From: Acidobacteriota bacterium
GTDB taxonomy: Bacteria; Acidobacteriota; Vicinamibacteria; Vicinamibacterales; JAKQTR01
NCBI GenBank assembly: GCA_026393755.1
Contig: JAPKZO010000018.1
Coordinates: 3,418 to 35,417, forward strand
DNA: 32,000 nt
Direction: 5' to 3'
Both the position numbers and the translations under genes were made by a program. Of the stretch, positions 1 to 8,505 are shown one piece after another; the first letter of the stretch is position 1, and the number at the start of each line of letters is the position of its first letter. The notes below the pieces were generated by a model. It was not told where the DNA came from. It was given only the letters and a program-made list of their open reading frames with translations, and did not search any database.

Positions 1-34
1 AGTTGGCGTTGCGGTACCAGTTCTGAGTAAGAGA

Positions 35-79
35 GACTCTGGAGGACGATCACTCCCGGAGTGATGGTCCTCCAGAGTC
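35..79. terminator. Long near-perfect palindrome/stem-loop (about 20 bp stem, one G-G mismatch, 3-nt loop). It may terminate an upstream gene ending at the window edge, or act as an operator or leader structure for the M14 gene.
   Basis: ACTCTGGAGGAC (36-47) pairs with GTCCTCCAGAGT (67-78). ATCACTC (49-55) pairs with GAGTGAT (59-65). G35 pairs with C79. Stop codons TGA 24-26 and TAA 28-30 lie just upstream. No U-tract follows on either strand. Confidence 0.45.
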
Positions 80-172
80 GCGGTGCGGAAATTCACTCCG
101 GGAGTAACGTTCCCGTTGTGGAGATCTGCCCCGCGGGTTGGCAGAGGTGTGACTGACACTGGAGGATCGAAG

Positions 173-3100
173 GTGCTCAAGCGAATTGCGGCGGCTGGTT
201 GCGTTCTCGCCCTCGTCATCACAGGTGCCGTCCAGGTCCGCGGCAGGACCGCCGTGGGGGCGCGGGCCCCGGAACTGGAACGGCTGGGGTCGTTGTTTGA
301 CCTGGCGCGGGGGGCAGTGCGCGACACGAACGCAGACGGCCTCGCCGACAGCGTCGTGGCCCGGGTGATCGTGCCCGCAACACCCGCGATTGAGGATATC
401 GAGGCCGCCACCAACATCGCGGGGCGTCTTGGTTTCGAGACGACGGCGATGACGCTGCCGCTCGTCGTGCGGGACGATCAAGTCGCCGACGCCAGCGCGA
501 TTGATCTTCCAATCTTCGTCGGGCGCGACAACGCGTTCGTGAAGAAACTGGCCGAGGCGGGCGCCATCGACCTCAAGGCGCTCAAGCCCGGACAGGGCCT
601 GGTCAGCGTGGTCCAGTCCCCAGGCGGCGGCCACGACGGCATCATCATCGTCGGTGGCGACGGCGCCGGAACGCTGGCGGCTGCCGTGGAACTGGCGGCG
701 CGGCTGCCTCGGCTGTGGACCATGTCAGGGGTGACACTGACGGGCATTGAACAGCAGGCGGCGCAGTACATGAAGGCCAGCGGCCTCGCCGTCTCGCGTG
801 CGGCCGTCGTCGCGATGGTGGTTGACAGCGACCGGCGCGGCATCGCCTCGGTCACAGTCAACCTGCACGTCAAAGGGACCGACGCGGCGCGCGCGGTCAA
901 GCTGCTCGAGGCGCTCGATCTCGCGCACCGGCGCGGGCAGCTGCCCGGCATGCTCAACTTCGCCGAAGCGGCGACCACCCTTGTCGCCGTGGTCGCCGAT
1001 GGCAAGACGGCGGGCCGGGCCTCCGTGCGCCGCTCCGGCCTCAATGGCCGCACGCTGACCCCACCGGTCGATCCTGAGGAATTCATGCCTGACCCCGCGG
1101 CCGCGTCCTCCGCAGGCGGCGGGCGCGGAGCCGGAGGTGGAGGTGCCGCGGGAGCGGCCGGAGCCGCAGCGCCCACTGGAACCTCGAGCGCGCAATCGGG
1201 AAGCGGGGCTGCCAGCGGCGCGGCGGCCGCGCCAGAGGGCGGCGGGGCAGGCGGTGGCGTCGCGGCAGTGCCGGTGACGGCCAAGTTATTCGATCTGTCA
1301 AACACGTATTCGAATGACGGCTGGTTCGGAGACGCGTTCGTCGATCTGATTCCCGACCGGACCGAAACCACGCTCGTGCTCGGCAACGCGCAGGACTCAC
1401 TGGGTGCGGCGCATATCGCGGCGCGCCTTGGCCTTGAATCAACGGGCATCAGTCTGCCAATCACCAAGACGGACGACAAGGTCAGGGATCCCGCTCGCGA
1501 GCCGAGTCCCATCCTGATCGGGCGCACGAACACATACGTGCAGCAGCTCGTGAAGATCGGCAGGGCGCGGCTCGACGACCTTCAGCCCGGCCAGGGCACG
1601 ATCCAGATCGTGCCCCGCGCCTTCGGCGTGGCAACGGCGACTGTCGTTGCCGGCGCCGATCAGGCCGGCACCGACGCCGCGAGTCTCTATCTGGCGCGAC
1701 GGGCGCCGTACTTGTGGGACATCGCTCGCGGCGCGTTTTCCTACGATGACCTGATCACCGAAGCGACTCGCTTTCTGGGCGGGAAGAGCGGCGCGGGGCA
1801 GGCTGCGCAGGCGGTCCAGGAGCTCGGGTCCCTTCTCGACGGTCTCAAGGGCAAGAAGGTCGAAACGCTGGACGCCAAGCTGTACCTGGAGAAGGGCGAC
1901 GCCGCGTTTGCGAAATACCTGGCCGGCCAGGCGACCCAGGCGCTCCCCGGAGCGAAGGTGAACGTGACCAGCCAGGGCGTCACCGATCCCGTGCCGGTCT
2001 TCGAGGACAAGCCGGAGATTCCGTGGGAGGTCGACGAGTTCTGGGCGAAGTTCAAGGCCGACGTGCTCCCCAAGGTCAAGGCCGGTTCGACCGTCGACCT
2101 CGAGGTCAGGCTCAGCGAGCCGCCCGAGATCCGCAAGTCCCTCGTGGAGCAGGCGCAAGCGGAGCTGACCAAGGCTGGGGCGGTCAAGCCTCGCGTCAAG
2201 GTGCTCTCGGCCTACAAGCAGGGCTATCTCTGGCTGACCGAACAGGTGATCCCCGAACTGAAGGGCAAGGGCGGGCGTTCGGTTCACATCAAGGTGCTGA
2301 CCCACAAGCCCGACTTCACCAAGAAGTACAAGTTTTACATGGTGCCGAGCCGCTGGCTCCAGGAACTGTTTCCCGTCGACGAGGTGTTCGAACGCGATCT
2401 CGGCATCCGGAAGGACGCGTTCACGATGGAACTGGTCGACGACCAGAAGGATATCTACGCGGTCGAGGTCGCAGATGGGGCCGGCAAGATCGTGTATCGC
2501 GGCACGTTCAACCCGAAGTTCGTCGAACGCGAGTACCTCGACAAGTTCCCGGGCTGGGCAAACGTCGAGGTGACCACCGGCTGGATCTCGGCCACGGTGA
2601 ACGGCCAGTCAGCCGTCGACGCGCGCATCGCGACTGATCCCGAACGGTTGTGGGACTACTACCAGGCGAAGGTTCTGCCGAAGGTGTACGACCACGTGAT
2701 GAAGGTGACGGCCGGCCGGCCCACCACCGACAAGCAACCCTTCTTCCGCGACCTCGACATCGAAGTGTGGATGAGCGAGCCGGACTTCCGGATTGGTGTC
2801 GACGAAGAACAGATTTCGTCGCTCGAGTCGCTCCACGAGGATCTCTACTTCGTCACGCTGGACTTCTTCAGCGCCATGGGCCGGACCATCACGCGGCAGC
2901 GGATTGGGGCGCCGGGGAAGATCCTGCCCATCATCCATCCGAGCCGTTCGGGCAAGCCCGGCTCGGCGCGAATTCTCTACGCGGCCAACGCGGCCACCGC
3001 CCCGCGGCTCGAGGTCACCTATAAGGAGAAGGACGGGGAGAAGCCGGTGTCGGTGACGCGCCCGCTCGGCCGGATCGACACGACCGCGCCCCAGGCGCTA

Positions 3101-4570
3101 CGGGCCGTCGTCCGCAACGATCGCGTGAGCGAAATCGAGCTGCAGGTCGAAGCCGGCAACGACCGGGAGGCGGCGCGCGCCGCTGACGCGCTCGACGGTC
3201 TCGCGCGTCTCCACGCCGCTGGCTTGTATCGCGAAGCGCTGTCGTTCGATCACGTGGACGGTGTCGCGATAGCGATCGGAATCAAGGAGATCCGCACTCG
3301 GCGCGTCATCAAGAACACCGGATCGACGCTGCCGTCGAACATCCGGACGGCGCAGCAGAAGCCGGCGCTGCCCGTGGTCACGTGGGACCATGTCATCAGT
3401 CCGGACGAAGCCGAGGACATCGTCAAGAAGCTCTCGGCCTACCCCGAAGTGAAGGCCTATCGGGTTGGCCAGTCGTACCGGGGCCGCGACATGTCTGTGA
3501 TGGAAGTCACGCTGCCGACGCCCAGCGAACTGGTCTCGGTGACGAAGTTGACGGCGTACAAGCCCACGATCTTCATGATGGGGCGGCAGCATGCCAACGA
3601 GGTGTCATCGACGAGCCACATCCTCCGGCTTGCTGAGCTGCTGGCGACCGATCCCAAGTACCGGGACATTCTCAAGAAGGTGAACGTCATCCTGGACCCG
3701 GTGATGAATCCGGATGGCGCGCAAATCGCGTTCGATCTGCAGAAGCTCACTCCGAATCACATGTTGCACGCCGGGCGCTACAGTGCGCTTGGCATGGACG
3801 TCACGTCGCGGCAGAACAACCTGCTGCCGGAAGCCGAGGTGGAGGGCCAGATCTGGCGCGAGTGGCTGCCCGACATCTACCTGAATCCCCACGGATACCC
3901 GTCGCACGAGTGGGTGCAGCAGTTCTCCGGCTACGTGTCGCCCCAGTTCCGCGCGTACTGGACGTCGCGGGGCTGGTACACGATGATCAGCGGCCTTCGC
4001 GACCCGCGGTACCCCGACATCCCGGAGGCGACCGCCGCGCTGCGGGAAGCGGTCGTTCGGGATGTGAGCGGCAATGCCGACGTGCGCGCCATGGATCTGC
4101 GCGCTCAGGCTCGCTACCTGCGCTGGGCGAACGGGTTCGGCACGCACGTCTACAACATTCAGGTGTACAAGGACACGACGATCTTCTTCAGCGATCCCGA
4201 ATCGGGCGAGTTGCGCGGAAGCCGCCGGGCGCCGGCCACGCCCCAGGCTGGTCAGAGCGCCCAGGGAGGAGGCCGCCGGGGAACCATGGGTTCGTTCCCG
4301 CAGGTCACGTTCAACAGCGGGATGACGGAAGCGCCGGACGAAACCGCCCAGGGCCCATGGTTGAACCTGGTGACCAAGGCCGGCTTCTCGTTCCTGATGG
4401 CGCACGTGACGTACCTGCAGGACGGACACTACAAGATCGAACGCATCGAAGAGGCCGGGCAGCGCGATGGCTCGACGCTGACCGTGCTGCGCGTCAGGCC
4501 AGTGATGCCTGGGCGGACTCCTGCCGTTGCGGGGGCCCCCAGAAAGGCCGCGCCGACCGACGCCAGGTAG
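173..4570 (+). CDS. Very large secreted M14-family zinc carboxypeptidase-like protein (about 1465 aa). The catalytic domain is at the extreme C-terminus, after a long N-terminal region of unknown function.
   Basis: The ORF track opens at GTG 83. GTG 173 has a strong GGAGGA Shine-Dalgarno (161-166) at 6-nt spacing and yields an N-terminal signal-like peptide, (M)LKRIAAAGCVLALVITGAVQ. M14 motifs: HANE zinc ligands (3590-3601), NPDG, NPHGYPSHEW (second His ligand region) and GMTEAPDE (catalytic Glu region). Confidence 0.8.
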   Translation: MLKRIAAAGCVLALVITGAVQVRGRTAVGARAPELERLGSLFDLARGAVRDTNADGLADSVVARVIVPATPAIEDIEAATNIAGRLGFETTAMTLPLVVRDDQVADASAIDLPIFVGRDNAFVKKLAEAGAIDLKALKPGQGLVSVVQSPGGGHDGIIIVGGDGAGTLAAAVELAARLPRLWTMSGVTLTGIEQQAAQYMKASGLAVSRAAVVAMVVDSDRRGIASVTVNLHVKGTDAARAVKLLEALDLAHRRGQLPGMLNFAEAATTLVAVVADGKTAGRASVRRSGLNGRTLTPPVDPEEFMPDPAAASSAGGGRGAGGGGAAGAAGAAAPTGTSSAQSGSGAASGAAAAPEGGGAGGGVAAVPVTAKLFDLSNTYSNDGWFGDAFVDLIPDRTETTLVLGNAQDSLGAAHIAARLGLESTGISLPITKTDDKVRDPAREPSPILIGRTNTYVQQLVKIGRARLDDLQPGQGTIQIVPRAFGVATATVVAGADQAGTDAASLYLARRAPYLWDIARGAFSYDDLITEATRFLGGKSGAGQAAQAVQELGSLLDGLKGKKVETLDAKLYLEKGDAAFAKYLAGQATQALPGAKVNVTSQGVTDPVPVFEDKPEIPWEVDEFWAKFKADVLPKVKAGSTVDLEVRLSEPPEIRKSLVEQAQAELTKAGAVKPRVKVLSAYKQGYLWLTEQVIPELKGKGGRSVHIKVLTHKPDFTKKYKFYMVPSRWLQELFPVDEVFERDLGIRKDAFTMELVDDQKDIYAVEVADGAGKIVYRGTFNPKFVEREYLDKFPGWANVEVTTGWISATVNGQSAVDARIATDPERLWDYYQAKVLPKVYDHVMKVTAGRPTTDKQPFFRDLDIEVWMSEPDFRIGVDEEQISSLESLHEDLYFVTLDFFSAMGRTITRQRIGAPGKILPIIHPSRSGKPGSARILYAANAATAPRLEVTYKEKDGEKPVSVTRPLGRIDTTAPQALRAVVRNDRVSEIELQVEAGNDREAARAADALDGLARLHAAGLYREALSFDHVDGVAIAIGIKEIRTRRVIKNTGSTLPSNIRTAQQKPALPVVTWDHVISPDEAEDIVKKLSAYPEVKAYRVGQSYRGRDMSVMEVTLPTPSELVSVTKLTAYKPTIFMMGRQHANEVSSTSHILRLAELLATDPKYRDILKKVNVILDPVMNPDGAQIAFDLQKLTPNHMLHAGRYSALGMDVTSRQNNLLPEAEVEGQIWREWLPDIYLNPHGYPSHEWVQQFSGYVSPQFRAYWTSRGWYTMISGLRDPRYPDIPEATAALREAVVRDVSGNADVRAMDLRAQARYLRWANGFGTHVYNIQVYKDTTIFFSDPESGELRGSRRAPATPQAGQSAQGGGRRGTMGSFPQVTFNSGMTEAPDETAQGPWLNLVTKAGFSFLMAHVTYLQDGHYKIERIEEAGQRDGSTLTVLRVRPVMPGRTPAVAGAPRKAAPTDAR
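293..1730 (+). repeat. Protein-level tandem duplication inside the M14 gene. Copy A is about 293-725 and copy B about 1286-1730. They are separated partly by a Gly/Ala/Ser-rich low-complexity linker (about 1083-1270).
   Basis: Both copies start with LFDL. Shared pattern: IAxRLGxExT..LP....DD.V.D......PI..GR.N..V..L...G...L..L.PGQG....V ... V.G.D.AGT.AA..LA.R.P.LW. Confidence 0.7.
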
Positions 4571-4630
4571 AGATCGCACGCGATCGTCGCCTTGACTTGA
4601 CCGCAGACGCACCACTAGCCTTGGACCGCC

Positions 4631-5416
4631 ATGGAACCAGCAGCCACCCGTCCGCGCATCGATTTCAACTGCGATATGGGCGAGAGCTTCGGCGCCTACA
4701 CGCTCGGGCTCGACGACCAGATCATCGCGTCGATCACTTCGGCCAACATCGCGTGCGGGTTCCACGCCGGCGATCCGGCGTGGATGCGGCGGACGGTCGA
4801 CGTGGCCGAACAGCATGGTGTCGGCGTGGGCGCACATCCCGGCTTTCCGGATCTGCGCGGGTTTGGCCGGCGGAACCTCGCCGCGTCGCCGAGTGAGGTC
4901 CGCGACGACCTGGTCTATCAGATTGGCGCGCTGACCGCGTTTACGCGCGATAAGCGCCTGCAGCACGTCAAGCCGCACGGCGCGCTCTACAACATGGCCG
5001 TCGAGAACGATGCGCTGGCGACCGCGATCTGCCAGGCGGTCGTCGAAGTCGATCCGCGCATGATTCTGGTGGTGTTGTCCGGATCGCGATGGATTGGGCT
5101 CGCCCAACGCCTGGGGCTGCGAGCCGCCCGCGAGGTCTTCGCTGATCGCGCCTTCAATGCCGATGGCACGCTGGTCCCGCGGTCGAAGCCGGGTTCGGTC
5201 CTGCACGACGCCCACGAAGTGATCGACCGCAGCCTGCGCCTGGTGACAGAAGGCAAGGTGGTCGCCATCACCGGCGAAGTCATCGAACTGCAGGCCGACA
5301 CGATCTGCCTGCACGGCGACACCCCCGGGGCCGTGCACCTGGCCGCCGCGCTCAGAGAGGCGTTCGAGCGCGCCGGGGTGGAACTCCTGCCCCTGGGCCG
5401 TCTGCTCGCCGCTTAG
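4631..5416 (+). CDS. pxpA: 5-oxoprolinase subunit A (LamB/YcsF family lactam hydrolase component)
   Basis: Strong resemblance by eye along the whole length to E. coli YbgL/PxpA: IDFNCDMGESFG, SANIACGFHAGDP, GAHPGFPD, HVKPHGALYN, EVFADRAFNADGTLVPRS, ICLHGDTPGAV. Confidence 0.9.
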   Translation: MEPAATRPRIDFNCDMGESFGAYTLGLDDQIIASITSANIACGFHAGDPAWMRRTVDVAEQHGVGVGAHPGFPDLRGFGRRNLAASPSEVRDDLVYQIGALTAFTRDKRLQHVKPHGALYNMAVENDALATAICQAVVEVDPRMILVVLSGSRWIGLAQRLGLRAAREVFADRAFNADGTLVPRSKPGSVLHDAHEVIDRSLRLVTEGKVVAITGEVIELQADTICLHGDTPGAVHLAAALREAFERAGVELLPLGRLLAA

Positions 5417-5419
5417 CTC

Positions 5420-6148
5420 ATGTACGACGGCCCCAGGTTCCTCACCGCCGGCGATCGCGCCGTGGTCATCGAGTACGGCGACTCCATCGACGAAGCCACC
5501 AGTCTCCGCGTCCGACGGCTTGCCGCCGCCCTCTCGCTGCGCCACGAGTCGGGCATCATCGAGATCGTGTCCACGTATCGATCGCTGATGGTGCACTACG
5601 ACCCGCTGCGGCTGCCACGAGCCCACGTGGACGCCATCGTGCTCGACGCGGAGCAGCACCTGGCCGACGTCACGCTGCCTCCGTCTCGTGTGTTCGACAT
5701 TCCCACCGTCTATGGCGGCCGCTACGGCCCGGATCTCGAAGATGTGGCCGCTTGGGCGGGAATTGCCGCCGACGAGGTCGTCGCGCTGCACTGCGGACGG
5801 GAGTACCTGGTCTACATGATGGGGTTCATGGCGGGCTTCCCGTATCTGGGAGGCCTGTCGCCACGGATCGCGATGCCGCGGCTTCCGAGCCCGCGTACGA
5901 AAGTGCCCACCGGATCGGTTGGGATTGCGCAGGAACAGACGGGCATCTATCCAACCGAGACACCTGGCGGGTGGCGGCTGATCGGCTGGACCCCGGTACG
6001 CATTTTCGACGCGGCCAACGATCCGCCGGTGTTGTTCGAGGCGGGAGACTACATTCGGTTCGTGCCGGCGACAAGCGAGCAGACGCAAGCCATCGCCCGG
6101 CAGATTGCGGCTGGTACATGGACGCCAACGGTGCGACACCGTGAGTGA
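5420..6148 (+). CDS. pxpB: 5-oxoprolinase subunit B (KipI / allophanate hydrolase subunit 1 family)
   Basis: Motifs matching YbgJ/KipI: PTVYGGRYGPDL, GFMAGFPYLGGL, PTGSVGIAQEQTGIYPTETPGGWRLIG. Starts 3 nt after the pxpA stop. Confidence 0.9.
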   Translation: MYDGPRFLTAGDRAVVIEYGDSIDEATSLRVRRLAAALSLRHESGIIEIVSTYRSLMVHYDPLRLPRAHVDAIVLDAEQHLADVTLPPSRVFDIPTVYGGRYGPDLEDVAAWAGIAADEVVALHCGREYLVYMMGFMAGFPYLGGLSPRIAMPRLPSPRTKVPTGSVGIAQEQTGIYPTETPGGWRLIGWTPVRIFDAANDPPVLFEAGDYIRFVPATSEQTQAIARQIAAGTWTPTVRHRE

Positions 6149-6155
6149 AGAGCGT

Positions 6156-7223
6156 ATGCGGACGATTGAGGTGCTCGAGGGGGGCTTCTTTACGACGGTC
6201 CAGGATCTCGGGCGCGACCAGTACCAGCGGTTCGGCGTGGCGGTGTCCGGCGCGATGGACAGCTTCGCGCTTCGCGCGGCTAATCGGCTCGTGGGGAACG
6301 CCGACACCGCCGCCGGCCTTGAAGTCACGATGCTCGGTCCAGAGGTGCGGTTTGCTCAAGCGGCCCGCGTGGCGGTGACGGGTGCTGATCTCGGCGCATG
6401 CGTGGATGGACGACCGATTCAGACGTGGCGCACGGTTGCCGTTCGCGCGGGATCGGTGCTGTCGTTTTCTGGCCAGCGCGACGGCATGCGGGCCTACCTC
6501 GCCGTGGACGGCGGGATCGATGTGCCAGTCGTGCTTGGCAGCCGCTCGACCTCCACCCGGACCGGGCTCGGCGGATTCGACGGGCGGCCGCTGCGTGCGG
6601 GAGACACGCTGCCGCTTGGCGAGCAACCGCCTGGGAAAGGCGCTCTCAGGCGTGCGATGCGAACTTCGGCCATTCCATCCTACGGCCACAGCCATCACGT
6701 GCGTGTCGTCCTTGGTCCGCAGGATGAGGCGTTTTCCGAGGAGGGACAGTTGACGTTCCTCACGGCCGAATACACGATGACGCCGCAGTCGGACCGCATT
6801 GGCTGCCGGTTCGACGGCCCCCGCGTCGCCCATCGCACGAACGCCGACATCGTGTCCGACGGCACAACGCTTGGCATCGTGCAGGTCAGCGGCGACGGCA
6901 TGCCGATTGTCCTGATGGCGGATCGGGGCACGACCGGCGGTTACACGAAGATTGCGACAGTCATTTCGGCGGACGTCTGGCGGCTCGCACAGGCTGCGCC
7001 CGGCGACCGCGTCCGCTTCGGCGCCGTCGATCTCGACCAGGCCTGCGCGCGGTTGCTCGAGATGGAAGCTGTGCTCGATGCGCTGGTGACGCCGGAACGG
7101 GCCAGGCCGGCAGGACCGGTTGAGGACGTGTACGACGAGGACGCTGGAAGCGAATTGGCCGCCGACGGGTTCGGCGAACTGGCCGACGCGCTCGAACAGA
7201 CGGGACTGGGGAGGGATCAATGA
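6156..7223 (+). CDS. pxpC: 5-oxoprolinase subunit C (KipA / allophanate hydrolase subunit 2 family)
   Basis: MRTIEVLEGGFFTTVQDLGR, then SGAMD, QSDRIGCRF, GIVQVSGDGMPIVLMADRGTTGGYTKIATVISAD. ATG 6156 is preferred over the track start 6105, which overlaps pxpB. 7-nt gap after the pxpB stop. Confidence 0.9.
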   Translation: MRTIEVLEGGFFTTVQDLGRDQYQRFGVAVSGAMDSFALRAANRLVGNADTAAGLEVTMLGPEVRFAQAARVAVTGADLGACVDGRPIQTWRTVAVRAGSVLSFSGQRDGMRAYLAVDGGIDVPVVLGSRSTSTRTGLGGFDGRPLRAGDTLPLGEQPPGKGALRRAMRTSAIPSYGHSHHVRVVLGPQDEAFSEEGQLTFLTAEYTMTPQSDRIGCRFDGPRVAHRTNADIVSDGTTLGIVQVSGDGMPIVLMADRGTTGGYTKIATVISADVWRLAQAAPGDRVRFGAVDLDQACARLLEMEAVLDALVTPERARPAGPVEDVYDEDAGSELAADGFGELADALEQTGLGRDQ

Positions 7224-8470
7224 CGACAGCGGTTGACGCGTCCGGCTGGTTCGGATGGTGGCGGGCCGGCACACCCGAAGGGCGGCGGGCACTGGTTGCG
7301 GGCGGCCTGGGCTGGATGCTCGACAGCTTCGACGTGATGCTCTATGCGCTTGTGCTGGCGACCCTCATCAAGGACCTCGGCATCAGCAAGGACACCGCGG
7401 GCCTGCTGGGCTCGATCACGCTGGTGGCCTCCGCAGTCGGGGGGCTGGTGTTCGGCATTGTCGCCGATCGATACGGGCGGACACGGTCCCTGATTGCCAG
7501 CATCCTCATCTATTCCGTGTTCACCGCCATGTGCGGTTTCTCGCAGACGGTGATGCAGTTGGCCGTCTTCCGCATCTGCCTCGGCCTCGGGATGGGCGGC
7601 GAATGGGCGAGCGGCGCCGCGCTGGTGTCGGAAACCTGGCCTGCCGAGTATCGAGGCAAGGCGCTCGGCTTCATGCAAAGCGCGTGGGCGATTGGCTACG
7701 CCGCCGCAGCCCTGGTGGTGGCCATCGTGATGCCCATCTGGGGATGGCGAGCCGTGTTCTTCGTCGGTGTGCTGCCCGCCCTGCTCACCATCTGGGTGCA
7801 GAAGCGGGTTGCCGAACCGGCCATGTGGAACGAGCGCCGAGGCCGCGCGGCCGCCTCGCGCGCGGGTCTCAGTGACATCTTCAAGGGCGATCTGCTGCGC
7901 CTCACGGTGCCGGTCACGCTCATGAACGCCTGCACGATGTTCGCGTGGTGGGGGTTCAATCAATGGATCCCGGCATACCTGTCGCTTCCGGTGGCGGACG
8001 GCGGCATCGGCCTCAGCACGCGCGTGATGTCCGGATTCATCATCGCGATGCAGGTCGGGATGTGGTTCGGCTACGTGTCGTTCGGGTTCATCAGCGATGC
8101 CATCGGACGCAAGCGTGCATACGTGATCTACGTGCTCATGGCTGCGGTACTGCTGCTCGGCTACTCGGTGACGCGGACGCCGGCGGTGCTCCTCGTGCTC
8201 GGCCCGGTCACGGCGTTTTTTGCGACGGGCTATTTCACCGGGTTCGGGGCCGTCACCGCCGAGATCTATCCGACCGAGATTCGCGCAACCGCCCAGGGCT
8301 TCACCTATAACATCGGGCGCCTGGGCAGCGCCGTGGCGCCGTACGCGGTCGGGTCCCTTGCTGCGGGCCGTGGATTCGGCGTCGCGTTTTCCGTCGCTGC
8401 CGTGGCCTTCGTGCTCGCGGCAGTCGCCTGGATCTGGATCCCGGAGACCAAGGGCCGCGCCCTGGCCTGA
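7220..8470 (+). CDS. MFS transporter (12-TM metabolite:cation symporter type); substrate unknown
   Basis: Hydrophobic multi-helix protein with an MFS-like N-terminus GWMLDSFDVMLYALVL and a DRYGR loop motif. Its start codon overlaps the pxpC stop (ATGA, 7220-7223). Confidence 0.85.
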   Translation: MTTAVDASGWFGWWRAGTPEGRRALVAGGLGWMLDSFDVMLYALVLATLIKDLGISKDTAGLLGSITLVASAVGGLVFGIVADRYGRTRSLIASILIYSVFTAMCGFSQTVMQLAVFRICLGLGMGGEWASGAALVSETWPAEYRGKALGFMQSAWAIGYAAAALVVAIVMPIWGWRAVFFVGVLPALLTIWVQKRVAEPAMWNERRGRAAASRAGLSDIFKGDLLRLTVPVTLMNACTMFAWWGFNQWIPAYLSLPVADGGIGLSTRVMSGFIIAMQVGMWFGYVSFGFISDAIGRKRAYVIYVLMAAVLLLGYSVTRTPAVLLVLGPVTAFFATGYFTGFGAVTAEIYPTEIRATAQGFTYNIGRLGSAVAPYAVGSLAAGRGFGVAFSVAAVAFVLAAVAWIWIPETKGRALA

Positions 8471-8487
8471 CTCCGCTTCCTCTGCCG

Positions 8488-8504
8488 CTGTGACACAATC
8501 ACAG
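8488..8504. promoter_or_regulatory. AT-rich 6-bp/5-nt-spacer inverted repeat CTGTGA-CACAA-TCACAG, ending 1 nt before the radical SAM start codon
   Basis: Perfect arms at 8488-8493 and 8499-8504. It sits in the 35-nt MFS/radical SAM spacer. No canonical Shine-Dalgarno at normal spacing (only AGG directly touching the ATG). Confidence 0.35.
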
Positions 8505-8505
8505 G

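Noticed and set aside
83-172. GTG 83 as the start of the M14 gene, as in the ORF track
   Set aside because: It begins only 4 nt after the upstream palindrome and has no Shine-Dalgarno. GTG 173 has a strong GGAGGA SD and places the hydrophobic signal peptide at the N-terminus. The longer form cannot be excluded.
1083-1270. GC-rich repetitive-looking stretch (GGCGG/GCCGC runs) as a possible tandem repeat or CRISPR-like element
   Set aside because: It is in frame within the M14 gene and encodes a Gly/Ala/Ser low-complexity linker. There is no regular repeat-spacer periodicity.
3605-6328. 907-aa ORF on the minus strand, overlapping the M14, pxpA, pxpB and pxpC genes
   Set aside because: This is a typical high-GC shadow ORF. 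It is antisense to four genes with strong family matches, the protein is Arg/Pro/Gly/His-rich with no recognisable motifs, and there is no plausible ribosome-binding site.
8488-8504. Canonical CRP/FNR binding site
   Set aside because: The half-sites TGTGA/TCACA are perfect, but the spacer is 5 nt rather than the canonical 6 nt (CRP) and does not match TTGAT-N4-ATCAA (FNR). It is kept only as an unclassified palindrome.
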